In this document: positions 48,801 to 63,800 of the stretch, piece after piece
How positions within the stretch are numbered: the first letter of the stretch is position 1
How the letters are laid out: each line of letters opens with the position of its first letter
Source of the DNA: Pecten maximus
Taxonomy: Eukaryota
Length of the DNA: 64,000 nucleotides
Assembly (NCBI RefSeq): GCF_902652985.1
Contig: NC_047017.1
Span: 20,212,001-20,276,000, forward strand
Direction: 5' to 3'
Program-made: the position numbers and the translations under genes
Notes under the pieces: model-generated
Told to the model about the DNA's origin: nothing
Databases searched by the model: none
What the model saw: the letters and a program-made list of their open reading frames with translations, nothing else

Positions 48801-51800
48801 CAGTGGTAAAGGGATGAGTCTAGTGAGTAAATATATACATGATGTTTGAAGGACAAGAATGATTCTTAAGTTAAAAAAAAAAAAAAACATGATGAAATAT
48901 TTTATAAGGGAATCCTGTTTTCCGAAATCACTCATGATACAACTTTGTTAAGTTTTGAGTTTTGAAGGTCAAGATAACCTTGTACCTGGGTACTGGGCAG
49001 AAGAGGACAATTAACAGTGGGATATATGTACATTGTGTTTCCTTTCTGATACGTGAATGTTATTGAGGAACTTAAGTTGAATGACACCGATATTGAGGAA
49101 CTTAAGTTGAATGACACCGATATTGAGGAACTTGAGTTGAATGACACCGATATTGAGGAACTTGAGTTGAATGACACCGTTCAAAGTTAGACTGACCTGT
49201 ATACCTGTATACATATCAGCCACACAGGTGACTTAAGTGAAGTTTATGCATGGCAGGGGGAATTTATTTGAGACCTTCAGAATGTCTTTCATGGTGTTAT
49301 TTTCATTCTAACTTCTGTTTGATTTGAGATTCAGTTTGACATTGAGGAATGATTTACATATTTCCTGTATAACTTCACACTTTGTATATTTACATATTTG
49401 TACCAGAGGAAGAAGAGATTTTACCGAGTAAATTGTATTGAGCCACACTAAACACAGAGCTATGAATCTTCTTTCACTATGAGTCTCATATACCGTATCT
49501 TATATTTTTTGACAACCAATTATAAAATAACCAAATTAAATATGGGAGTACTTGTGGGACTGTTGTAGTGGATGTTGTGCTCAAATATATGTATACAGAG
49601 TTATAGCCCTTTATAATTTTCAATAGCAAAATTTGCATGTCTTGGAGTACTGAATTGCTTGCTCATTGATGTTTACAATAAAATCTGTCTCATAAACTAA
49701 TCTTGATTTTCAACTTGAGGAGTTCTTGGTTATATAAAATCAGTTAAATACCACATGTATATGTCTTATACTGTCCGTAAAATTTCACATGATGTGATTT
49801 TAAATTCCCACACTGAGTATGTTGAACATCTTATCATTAAGTTTAACCCTAATCAGTGGTTTGCTGTGACACAGATTGTCAGGAGAAATCACACACACCT
49901 CAATGACAAGCTCACAGACACTGGCTGACACAGATATTCTTGTTTAACAACTTCTGGACCACTAAACCTTTATACAGATCTGAAGTGACAGAATTTTCTC
50001 ATGCAGATCTTGTCCTTTCGGACTAAAATAAACTGAAAGTTGAATCCTATTGTGTATTGGAGGTGTAAACCGGGATAAATTGCCTACATTAAGGATGTCC
50101 GTACTTTACTGAATGTGAGAAAGATGGCCAGCAGAAGTGTCGAAGTAGAACAGACTTCAGAATAGCATTTACTGAAATCTATCATTGTGTATAATGAAAA
50201 GGTAAAATAAATGATTAAAATCAGTAGAGTTCTCTTGAGACCAGTTCATAGTAATAATGAGGTAATTAAACTGGGTGTACGCAAGCGTGTCCGATCGTCA
50301 TCCCAGCAATATCACATAAAACACATTTAAGTGTATAGACTTACCAAAATTGATTTTCTACCAAATCAATTTTCAATACCCATGATATTAAAATCCTGTC
50401 ACAAAATCTATAGAGTACCATGTTCATTCAAAATTAAAAGACCAAGTCTCACATTGAAAGTCGGTAGGACAGGTTCAAATTACAGATGAAATATGGTTTT
50501 GATTTTTGTGACCCAGGACCTTAACTTGAGGGTAAATGGGGAAGTTGTTGTTTCTCAGGTTAAGAATGTTCATTACATTTAAATATCAGAAATTAATTAA
50601 AGAAATAAAGAAATCAACATGATTAATGATTTATATTCTATAGGCAATATTAAGCACATTAATTTGACTTGTGTAAGTCTATTATGTAGCAGTGAGCTAG
50701 CTACCTGTTACCAATATAACCTATATAGGGCCTCTTTTTGAAATAAAATGTGATGTATCCTGTATATAAACTACAATGTGTAAGCTGTAGGTCTACAGTG
50801 GTTTACTTTCTTCTGTACGTGTTTGAAACCTCTTCAACATTCCTACTACCCTAGCAGCAATTATTGGCAGCCTACCCATATATTACTCTCTAGTGCTTTT
50901 AACTCGAGGTTTGAATATATATATACAAAATGTACTACCGGAACTCTATGGAAAAGTCATTATGTATTTGTGAATGGATTCTTCAAGACACATACTAGAT
51001 ATATATACCAATTGTGGCGTTTATCCCTCACATTATCTATAGGTGCATTTCCCCTTGATGGCTTAATATAGATTGTTTAACGAAGTGTAGATGTACTGGT
51101 TACAGAAAAAAAAGAAGAAGAAAAACAGCTTCAGCTATAAATATACACTGGATACCACCTGTTCTCATTGTGTTTTGGGCTGTAAGCATTGGAGGGAGTT
51201 ATGTACAATTTTGTAGTAGTGATTTTGAATTGTATGTGTATTAGATATGTCTAATGATAAATTACATGTATTCATAATTTTGATTAGATCATTTTTTAGT
51301 GAAGAAAATGATTCTTTATACATGAAATGATGTCAATAGATATTTATATATATATGTATATCTAGATCTATTGGTGCTGATAGGTACCTGCAAGCTGGTT
51401 TATAGGCCTATTAATTGATTATTTTCTTTTGTTGTGTACTTTCAGGAACTGATACAAGAAGTTAAAGTAAGTCAAGGATCCATTGACCATCTTCTGGACA
51501 GAGGTCAAAGGTTCTTGGAGACATTTCCAGACATCAAACTAAAAGTTGATCTGGAAAACTTGGCATTTTACTGGAGGACTTATGTGAAGGAGCTGCAGTC
51601 GCTGGACAGCCTACAGATCTACTGGCTTTTTACTCCGAGGCCAGAGACCCAGACAGGAAATTGTCACCTGCCGCTTAATCCAGACTCATCTGCTTTGTCT
51701 GACCTTGGTAAGAGGCCACAGTGCATCCCAAGGTCACAGGAATGGAAGCAATGTGTCTACAAATATGGAAAGTCTGTTGAGAATTACAAATCTCAACAGC

Positions 51801-54800
51801 ATTCACAAGCCCCAGTAACCAAGATAAACAGGCAAACTCATGAGATTGCCAGCCAACCGAGCTCTTCAGAAATAGAAGAGCCAAAAGGTAAAGAAGCATC
51901 TGGTAGCCATTTTGTACCCAGCTTACAGGTTGGTTCCACTGTACGGAAATCCACCTGTCTCACCCACCTTCCAGACTTGTATAAATCTAGAAACCCAGCA
52001 TCTACCCACTGTTTATATAGCAATATGGAAGGACTTCGCTCCGGACCCAGATCGCCGCTTTCCGCTAGAAAAGGGGAGGGAAACATACGCACCTTTTCAC
52101 CTACTTTCGACAAGACTGGACTAAAGGATAAGAAACTCGGGTCAAACCCTGAGCTGTCCTTTATTCCAGACTCGCCTACTGAACCCAAGCGACGGAGAAT
52201 GTTGGATGACATGTCCAGCAATGTTAGTAGCCAGGTTAGCAGTCGCTCACATTCGCCTACACTTTCGATAAATTCTGAGACAACGCTGGATGACAGCTAC
52301 CTCAGTACTCCCGGTTGCTCACCAGCCGCCACCCTGAAGGACCAGTTCAAGAAGCGCTATAGCAAATATGAACTGACCATTGAGTCGGACCTGATGGATC
52401 AGTGTCTGATGGATTATGATCTTCTGGAGGCTTGTAAGGTAAGGAGTTTGATATTATATAGCCTATATATGATCTTCTGGAAGCTTGTAAGGTAAGGAGT
52501 TTGATATTATATAGCCTATATATGATCTTCTGGAAGCTTGTAAGGTTCATTTTGTACTGAAATATCCTGGTGATCACTAAGGGTTTTAGTGATCATGACG
52601 AGGTATATATGTAATTAGAAATTCACTGTTAAGATAATCTTTAAGCTTTTAAAAGGTTAAATTTCACTTGGTGTAAATCTTTAAAAGGAAAACAATAAAA
52701 AATACCATACTAACATCTTAAGATCCGCATGATAAAAATTAGGATTAGTCACAAAAGCTTTAAAAATATGCTCTCTTTACAAAAAAGTGAAAGTTTCTTG
52801 CTTTATTGAAACCAGATTTGATCAATGAAAAAAACAGCTTTAGGAAAGAGAACAACACGTAACCTACATTCTTTCTGAAAAAAAACAAATGAAAAAAGAA
52901 GATGGATACAGATCAGTCACCATAAGGAATGGGGGTATAGCCAAAATGTCTTGTCACCAAGTTCCCAAGGAACTGTTTCCCAGGCTCCATACTAGTGGCC
53001 TGCATTGTTGTCCTCAATTCATTGAGGACACTTTTGATAGATCTGTTTCCAAGATGAATCAGAGACCTTGATGTTTGATCATATGAGATGGGCGACTTGT
53101 AACGATGCATTTGCAGAGTTGATAACACGTGACTGAGCGACCATTGTAAAGTGTTGTCTGTCATCTGCTCTTGTATAGCTGGGAACATCCGACAAGGCAA
53201 CGATTGCATATACGGTGTCGTCTGCTTCTGAAGAGTGGGGAATAAGTGACTAAGCGACAATTATATTAGGTAGTTGCCTAAATCATACAATATTCGGCTA
53301 GTTACTCATTTTCCCAACTCTACAAAAGCAGACGACACCTTATTGTCTGCAATTACCAGCTTTTTCATTTATTCTCCATTAAATCCTAGAACTTGGGTTT
53401 TAATGTTTGATGCAGGCGGCATAACAATTAATTCTAAGGTTTGGATGTAAATTGAAATTTTAAACTCTGGGTTTGACATCCTTCATCCTGCTTATAATGA
53501 ATCGAAACACGAAAACAAAATAAGTGGCCATCATGGAACTTCAGATATACAGAAATGTGAATTTCCATGAATTAGGATAGAATTGAATGAAAATGTTAAG
53601 ATTTGAAGTGTTGACAGTAATAATCTGAGTAAAGTTAAAAAATCAATAGAGCTCCTTGTAACATTCATTATTGTACTAGATACTTCTGTATTTCTCATCA
53701 AGGTTCCTTTTTACACTTCCTTTATACAGTCAAGAAGATAATTATCTTGGTGTTTAGAAATGAAAATGTGATTTGCAGAAAAACATTACCTTCTTTTCAC
53801 GTTATAATTGGGATTTGATTGGTTCTGTTTCCAATTCCCAATTGTAATGTAAGACTGTTTTTCTGTGATATTCATTCTGCATTTCATTGCTGCCTTCGAT
53901 CATGTGAAATGCATTCAACAAGTGAATTCAATTATGTATGGCCTTTGTATCTTTTGTGTCTAATATAGACAGCAAAACGTATTAACAGCTAGAATCACTC
54001 CGACAAGATAAGCGTACCAGTTAAAGGAAATTTCTTACATTAGAATTCATAAAAAGGAAAACAATAAAGTTAAGGATAGCTTTCTGAATTTCTTCCTTAA
54101 CTCCAATATTGCTTGCTTATGGAAAAAATTTTATACGATGAATATTTCCATAATTTAGCGATGTTGATAAAACTGAAGCCCCTGGTCTATTATAAATCAT
54201 GTTTACATCCTGTACTGGTTCACCTGACTAGATAGGTAAATGGTTCAAGTAATGATATCATCTGGATAAAAGTTTTAGGAACTTACTTAAATGTTGATTA
54301 CTGTACTGGGGTCAGCTGTCAAAAAGGATTAAATTTTATGCTTTGGATGAAAAATAAAACTGATTTGGTAAATGAATTTAGATCTGTGATGTACAAATAT
54401 GGCGACCTTCAATGATTATTTCTAATTTGATGTTTAAATTGATACAGGCTTATTGTTTTAAATATTTCATTGACATTTAATTTTTTTTTTTACCGATTTT
54501 AATATCATGATTGTACTTCGTAACATTGGACTCAAGTTTTCTCTGTACACAATGTATGCTCTATCCTACACTGTCTGACTATATAGGTCGTCTTGAGTAC
54601 AGAATTGTTTTACTGTTGTTAGGAAAGATACATCACCCAGATGGGAACAAAATATAACAAATGTAATTGTCTTTTTCTGATCACATGACATATATTTGGA
54701 GTGCGACCCAGACAACATTTGACAGATATTCACCATTATTACCTATAATATAGACATAAACAATGCTGTACACCTGTATCCGCAGTCTAACGTATGTTTA

Positions 54801-57800
54801 CCTGTCTTTTGTAGTCTGCAGAAAGCGATGAGGAGAATATTGGCATCAATGCCAAAGTTTCGTTGGCCGAGTTCCAGCAGCAGTACCGGGAGCTGTCCCA
54901 ATGGCTTGACCAGGTACTCCAGGTGACCAAGCGCACCATGGGAACTCTGGCGCTGTCTGAGAAGTATCTCACACAGGTGGGTGGACCTATCACACATTGT
55001 CTGTTTTGTCTTTTGCATTTGGCATGTACATATGCATGTGCATCCCAAAGTCATTGTGGTTTATTCAAAAGAATGCAAAGTTAACATTTTCGTATTAAAA
55101 ATTAAGTTTAATGTTATATAGTTATAAAAACTTTTGGTAAAATTGTGTGAAGTTTTCTCTTTATCTTATACATTTTTTATACCCTTGTTGCTATAGATAG
55201 CAGGATTTTTTTTTGCCCACAAATATCAGATCGTAGGCTGTTCACGGAAATTACCCATTGTTCCTAAACTGGTATCAATCCTTAAAATATGCTTGTTATC
55301 ATTATTTCTGAGAAGTGCTGGAAGGATTTCTCTCAAATTACGTACATAGGTTCTCCTTAGTTGTACATATTCAATACTGAGACTGATCAGGAAAACAAAA
55401 ATGGCTCATAAGCATCCATCTTGGATTTTGACAATTGAAGTTTGTTATCGTCTTCATTTCTTCATTTCTTCATTTCTTATTGCATAGATTAATTTGAAAT
55501 TTCATTATAAGGTCTTTATTATTCCTGCTCTTTTCCTGATTTATTTCGTGTTTGTGTAAGTAGAAAGATATTACCAAAAGCAAATTAGGTTTATTATTAG
55601 CATATAAACAATTTCCCCAAATGTTTAAAAATTGGCTTTAATAATCCTGAACAAATGCCATGCATTTAATACTGAGGTTCAAAACTTGATGGAGTACTAC
55701 AACACTGATTTTCAGTGTAAAATTTCCCCGATTTTTTCCAGGGATATCTATTATAATGTACTGAATCATTGTTTGGCTGTTCAGTTTGTGTGTCCATCAT
55801 ACTGCTAAACAATAATTTCCTGTCAGAAATGTTAAAGTGGGAGTATACATAATGTCATGTAAATATTGTTTTATAATGGATGGGCCTGTTTGACATTTTA
55901 GTCAGAATCACAATTTGCTTTATTTGATAATAGAATTGCAGTTTAGGAATATTCACATTGATATTGGTAAACATACCAACGTTGGTGTTGATAAAGCAGG
56001 AAATAGCTAGTGTTGAAATTGTGAAATTGCTTCATTGGAACCATTGGAGTCATTTTTAAAATGTTTTTTTTTTTAATGTAGCATCAACCTGTTCTATAGT
56101 GTTATGTCTGAGGATTGTGCATGCAGTAGTAGTAGCATAAAAACACGCTCATTAGATGCTTGTAGCTTCTACGGGTATTTTAAGACACTGCTTATAACAG
56201 TACAATTCCTGCAGTGAAGACATTATGTGAAATTAGTTTGATACAGGAGTGAAGTTCATCAATAAATGATTGCTTCATCCCCTGAGAACAATGGGTAGAG
56301 GGCTGGTCTATATAATGGTATCTCTGAGATTGGCTGTATGCTGATATCTGATCAATCTTGTCAACAGTTGTCTTCTCTGTTTGACCTTTATTAAAAGGTC
56401 ATTGGGAATGAGCTTTGGGACTCTACCTACAAAAGTGATCTTGCTCAGCCACATATAAATATTTGAAATTTTCCCAAATATTTGTAGAATTTCCCATATC
56501 TGATAGTAAATGAATTTAATTTGTGATGTAGAAAGTCGTGTATTCACTTAATTACTAACTTATCTAAAACCTAATTGCATATTACGTATTCCGATAAATT
56601 TTGTACGATTTTCTTTTGACTTCTGATATGAAGATAATGATATTGATCAGGAAAGATAACTCCAATTATGTCATTTTGGTATCATACTGGTTACTATGGC
56701 AACTGCCTTATTGGTCGCCAGCATGATGTGAGTGTGAAAAGCTGACTTGTGTTGACATATGATCAACACACACCGCTTCCTAACCATGATGTCACATCTT
56801 CTCTCTGCAAGAAACTTGTCTCGTTGTATCCATGGTGATCGTAAGGGTAGAAAATTAACCTGAAATTTCCCAGTTAATAATATAATGTATATTTATGTCA
56901 TCGACCACTCCTGTAGATCCTACTCCCATGAAATGTGATTTATACTGCTTTTGTCAGGAATCCTTGTCATGCATATTACCAGTATAAATTATTACAAAAA
57001 ATAATTGTTACGAACGTATTAATTTTACATGAATGATTTCAATTTTCAAGGTTCTTTAGATTATTAGAATCTGAGCATCAAAAGCTAAAATTGATACCTG
57101 GTAACTATCATTCAAATTATGTTAATTATGTATGTAAATTAATAATTAATTTCCTGGTTTATGGACATTTGAATTGTAATGATAATACATTATTTATGTA
57201 TCAATATCAAAAATATTTCCATAACATAAATATTTCAATTTTGGAAAATTACTTAAATTAGGTTTCTTTTCTGTGATCCAGCAGACCAGCACTGTATATA
57301 ACCTAGGTAAATAAAATGAAAGTATTCACTAGTACCCAGGAAATAAACTGTAATTATCAGGAGTCTACCACTATGACTTGGTAGGTACATATATTTGTTC
57401 TGTATTCCTTAATAGCCCATTAAGGACTATAGGCTTAATTAATGTCCTTAGCCCATTTGTGTACTATAGATAGAGAACCTAGACTAATGACTCCAGTGTT
57501 AATTACTGTAACTAACGAGATGACATATTCCTTAGGGAGTCACACTAGTTATGGGATATTAAGAAACTCCTTAGGGATTCACACCAGTTATAGAATATTA
57601 AGGAACAAATTAGTCCCCATATGTCACCCGAGTGGTCAGTGTGTGATGACCAGCTGTACTGATGGTCTACTGACCATTGTACTAATGACTGACCAATACA
57701 TCACTGGTGACCAGCCGTGACAGATCAAGATGACCCATAGGGATTGTAATATATCCTGACACACCCCATGTATCAATGTCCAGTTTGTGAGACAGGGTCC

Positions 57801-60800
57801 TTAGACCAGGCGACTAGTTGTCCCATCCTTCCAGCAGATCTTCAACCAACAACTTGTTGTCAGCACAAACATGTTCTACAACTTTAACAAACAACTTCAT
57901 GGTGTCTTTTCGGGCCCCAGTCAACAACTGTAAAGATTATTGCACTCATGCCCCAGTTTCACCAATATTCCCTTACTTAATGAAATTTTCACAGAAATTA
58001 AGCATTATTGGATTTAAGGGGGAAAATGTTACTAAGGAAGTTTTGTTCTATAATGCTTTCCTTTAGAACATTTTAAGTTAAAGGTCCTGGTTCTACAAAT
58101 AAGACTGTTTGTTGGGTTTAACAGCCTGAGTCATTTTTGAGGCAGGGTCTCCTTATAGTAGTTGGTGACTACCTCACTGAACAACATACGGGAGACCCAT
58201 TGCATGCCATCCAGAGCAAATAGGGTAAAATGTCTTGCCGAAGGATATAACCATGACTGCACAGACCAGCCTGTTTCTTAGCTTCCCGAAAAACACAAAC
58301 CAACACTGGTAGGGAGCATAGAAAATAAACTGGTACACTTATATCAAAAGATACATTTAAAAATGTTTACCTGTACAGTTTTACACCACTTAAAATTCCA
58401 GCACATTTACATGTACCTGCTTTTAAAATATTTCACTATTTGTGTTCTGTCTTGCATTAAATTGCTGATGTTTAAGATAAGTTGTGAGATACATGGTTTG
58501 GAGACATTTGTAATTCTATTGAAATTTCTTTTGAGCTTCATTTGATGCAGTGAGTTTGTGTGATATTTACAAGTCTTTTATCTTCACATACTATCTTTTA
58601 TATTTTTTCGTAAATATCTAAAACCTTGTGATGTTAACATGGGTATTCACAATATGAAAAGAAAGTTGAATCCTCAATTACTTCATATTAAATGGTAGGT
58701 TTGAAGTTAAAGAAAAAGATACACCATATTTTGATGTTATCTGTGTAATTGTCGTGTTTGAAGTCTAGTTTGATCAATATCCAATTTTTCATTGGGTGTA
58801 CGCATAATATGAGAAGTATTTACCTGAACGCCTAAATAACGCCTGTATGAATGGTGGGAGAAATTAATAGTCATTTGTAGGAAGTGCTGATGGGGTAGTT
58901 CTATTTGGGATGTAGAATAACGATCATGAGGCTTTGTTGAGGTTCTAAACCTAAAAACATTATACCTAATTTAGGAGAAATTGTTATCTCAGACTCACAT
59001 AGGTGTTACTTCACAGGTTTACAAACACATGTATCTTAGACAACCAAGCTAGGAGAGAACGGCAGTATGGAAGTGGTAATTACTGTATTAGGTCCAACAG
59101 AGGGTACAGATCTAGATATACAGATATTTATTAAGACAAATTCATTACCAATGAGTACACACCAGTTCAGTTTTAAATTGATAATTACAAAATGATATAT
59201 AGGAGCCTTTAAATTCACACTCGGTAATGTCTCCGAAGGTCGGGCAATTACAACATATAAAGAGATGGAACTTTTTTTCTAATTCCAAAATTCTGAAAAT
59301 CCTTCATGTCCAAGTGAGAGCTTAATATGTTAGATTTAGCTTCCTATGATCAGAAACTCAAATACTGTGTTATGTACTGCAGTGAAGTCAAGGGAGTTAA
59401 AAATAAACTGCAGTATGTAAGCTTTGTCTTGACATTGATGCTTCAAATTTAGAGGAAGTTGTATTTAAAATTGTTACGATGTTACAGAATTATATATATA
59501 TAATATCAATTAGGTAAAATAAAGGTTTAGTTGACACTAAAGAAAGGATGCATATTCCTTCTATAGTGTTTTTTTTCTTGGAATTTTTTTTTTTTTTTTC
59601 TTCAATTCTCAGTTTTTCTCAATACCAGGTAAACACAAGTAGAATCTGTATGTTACATGATGTTAGAGTATATGTGTCTACCTTAGCTTGTCCCTTCTGA
59701 CCTGAAGGTGTTGTGGATCATGTCGTTTGTCCCTGATTATAACTGCTGACAGGTCGCCCATCAATCACACAGCCTGGTGGAGCCTAACTCACGTTACAGG
59801 TCCTCCTATCAGTGAGATATCTCTAAACCTTACAAAAACAAATCTGTAAAATATCTCTAAACATCACAGTCCACAAATCAGTGAGATATCTACCTCTAAA
59901 CTTCACAGTCCAAAATTCTGTAAGATATCTCTAAACCTTAATACAAAAATCAGTGAGATATCTCTTAACCTTACAAAAACAAATCTGTAAAATATCTCTA
60001 AACATCACAGTCCACAAATCAGTGAGATATCTACCTCTAAACTTCACAGTCCAAAATTCTGTAAGATATCTCTAAACCTTAATACAAAAACAAAGCTGTA
60101 AGATATCTCTGAACCTCACAGAACACAAATCTGAAAGATATCCCTAAACATCATAGAACACAAATCTTATAGTAAGTCATATTTTTGAGTATATCTCTCC
60201 AAACTTTATAATGTTTGCTTTTTGAAAAAAATATTCTAAAAAGAAGTTTTTCAGAATATTAGGTTTCCATACAAGAAGAAAGAATAATTGTTGGAAGGTG
60301 AGGTGTTTTTATAGCTATATTTGTAATGCCCAGGGTTTTTCTCCGTACAGGATATATTGTTATTGTCCGACAGTTTTGACCAGCAATATATATCCCCATG
60401 TACCAAAATGGTCCAATTCTAGTGCAAGGACTCTAGTTATCATGTAATGGACCAGGAGAGATGTCATGCCAGTGTGTCTGGTCGATGTCATGCCAGTGTG
60501 CCTGGTCGATGTCATTCCAGTGTGCCTGGTCGATGTCATGCCAGTGTGCCTGGTCAATGTCATGTCAGTGTGCCTGGTCGATGTCATGCCAGTGTGCCTG
60601 GTCAATGTCATGCCAGTATGCCTGGTCGATGTCATGCCAGTGTGCCTGGTCGATGTCATGCCAGTGTGTCTGGTCAATGTCATGCCAGTGTGCCTGGTCA
60701 ATGTCAACATTTCAGTAAAATAGCACTATAAAGGCCCCATTTGTGTATAGGTACCTTACTTACATGATCTAAGTGTGTTGATAGAACATTAAAATGTATC

Positions 60801-63800
60801 ACCAATCGTTTTATATGTGCCATTACATACAGTAAGCAATATATGCCATATTGAAAGCAGGTGAAGAGATGCCATGCCTTCACCCCTAAGGCAGCCTAAA
60901 CCTGTTTGTGACACAGGTCTACCTGTACACAAAGGTGTTATTTAACGACTTCCTGACAGCTACTTCACCTTATATGATAATAAAGGTGTTGGGGGTTATG
61001 TTGGGCTCTCTCCCTATAAATCACAAATTTTGACATTTGACTCCTGCAGCTAATGTACATGCTTTTGTGCAGATTGTTTTTGACAAACAGAAGCAGCCTC
61101 TTTTTTTCTCCCTTAATATATAAAGGAGCATTTTTATTGTCCATCCCCATCAATACTATAAGGTCATTCAATATGTATAATAACAATAGTCTAATTTGTT
61201 ACAATAATGTACATGTAATTCAGTAATTTTGAATAATAAAAAATGGTTCCTTGTGCTAATGTAAGAGACTAGACGATGTCAAAGTGTTTGTTCATAACTG
61301 AACAGATAGAACAGTTTTAAATATTCATTACAATAGATAATTCTGCAGTGAATTTTTTATACAATGATGTTGAAAATGTTTCATGTTATCATAGCCAAAA
61401 GAGTATGCCTATAGAATATGGATATCTATTTTAACCTGATCTGTACATTTTGTTTCCAATCAGGAATATTTAATATCTTAACATTGTGTGGAAAATGTCT
61501 TATGTGTAATTTTCAGTGTAAATTTAGGACTTTGAAATTTGTGTTGTCTTTCTTTCTTTCTTTTTACAAAAAATATTTGTCAACAACTTCCAATTTCCTC
61601 TACATAAGACAGAGTTGTCTCCCTTATTCTTGATGCATGGATTTGTTGTCTTAGCATGTCTTGAGAACAGACAGGCGGCGTTTACTAGTAAACTACTTTA
61701 TTCCACATAAGCATGTATATATACTTATACTTACGTAATGAATTTGTGTAATAATACATCGTTATAGTTATGATGTCTTAGCTGAAGTTTACTTTGAATG
61801 TCAATTCTGCTACCGTTTCCTGACAAAAACCATTGCTTTCAGATATCATCATTGACAAGTTTGACAACCAAGTTTGTAAGTGACGTCGGTGAAATAAATG
61901 TATTCATTCACTATCCGTAATACGCTTTTTGTGTTGGAAGTCAAGGGGAGGCAACTCCAATAGAACTATGACATCTGCTTTTACTGGTCCAAGACTGCAC
62001 ATATATCAAATCTCTGATTTACACCCTGTAATAAATACACTGTAAACTCTCTGTACACATGTATAACCAACTTATCCAGGATAATAAACAACATTCCAGT
62101 CTGGTACTAAAACAGATTAATTTAATTCCATACATTATTGCTCAAAATTTCTTCATAGGTGCCGAGGGTAACCTGTTGAATTTAAAATAAGATTGGTGAA
62201 ATTTAAAAAAAAATACCGGTAATCAGCCTCGAAATTTTTAGGTCATCTGACTCTAAAGTTGACAAGTTCGTTATCAGGTCATCAAAAAGAAGTTTCATAT
62301 AACAGAACTTCACTGTCATATAACCACCAGTTAAATTCACCTAATTGTTAACAAGATATTAACAGTATTTGGTAAGCAACAAGTGATCACCTTTGTAATC
62401 AGATAATAAATTAACTACATTTGATCAGCAACAACTTAATACATCGTCAAATCACCATCAGGTTTAATTTCTTCATTATCAGATAATCAACAAACTAATT
62501 TCACTATGTATTTTAACATTACAAGATATCTTCCTTGTTTGATAACCTGCCATAATCCGATCATTCTTAAAATTATCTGTAGGCTGTATTTTACATCCAG
62601 TTGTGACAAGACACACTGGTTGAGTGAATACCGGTGAATAGCGTTGTACATCACTGTCACTCAGTGTAGTAAAGATTTATATTGTGATTGTTGGTATAAG
62701 GATTGTATTAATGTATATGTAACCACCATAATCTAACCTTCAGATATTCGGGAAATAGCCATGGCGACCTCGGAAAGACATTTATATTGTAACTTCACAG
62801 ATTAAATATGTATAAATACTAACAGCATGTTAAACTATTCGTACAAATTGTAAATCACATTCTCTACAATATACCATTACATCTTGTATTTGACCGAACA
62901 GATGTTGTTGGCACTTAAGCAAGTACGGAATCCTAGAATAATGAATTAGAAATATAAGTAAAAAAAAGTAGAATATTTTATGCATAAGGAATAACATTAA
63001 TAAAACATGGACTATTTATTAGATCAACTGTGGTATTTGTGGATTTTTAAACAATCAATGTTACAAAATAGAAACATAAGCGAATTAATTCTTTTACTAA
63101 GATTACAATGACTTTTACAATTCATTGTCCATGATTATATATAATTTTGATTAGGGTCAGCAGGGGAGGATGCTGTAAACTTTCAATTTGACATACACTG
63201 AGATATGATAATTCATAGAAGACCTATTTACAGGAGTTAATTACCAGCATTTATATCTGTTGAAATGTTTTTGCTAAATTATGGATGTTTTTAATCAATA
63301 TTGCTTTTAGCTTTTACAGTCATAGATGGTAAGTCAAGAATTTATGTAAATATTAAACACAAGTAAATGTGATACATCATGTGAATGTTTGTATTTCTAC
63401 AGAGCTACCATGAAGAGCTACTGAAGCAGTCCCCCCGTCACAAGCTCTTCAATGAATATGCTAAGCAGCTGCTGCAGCGCCGCTCTAGCTTGAAAGGGGA
63501 GATAACCAAATGCCTGAACCATGTGAATAGTCAGTGGGAAGTGGTTGAGAAGGCAGTGTCCTGTAAGGATATTTGGCAGGATAAAGAAACCATGCTCAAA
63601 GGTATTTACCTTAAAAATTTATGACAACCGTATCAAATCATGTTGGGATTTTTTCCTCTTTCATATGTAATGATGATTTTATTCGGCCAAAAATGGTTCT
63701 ATTTTTACTTTTAATGAATGAAATTTATTTTCCAGACCTGGAATCAGATATTGTGTGTCTGAGAAGATGGCTTGATGGTGTGGAGAACAGTCTTTCGACC

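Noticed and set aside
51675-52221. Antisense and alternative-frame ORFs over the large exon
   Set aside because: Shadow ORFs of a GC-richer coding exon.
53226-53236. CTGAAGA next to a 14-bp helix, suggesting a second hammerhead
   Set aside because: It is part of a continuous foldback arm; there is no GAAA/NUH junction.
60360-60731. Four overlapping repetitive ORFs
   Set aside because: 24-bp minisatellite translations.
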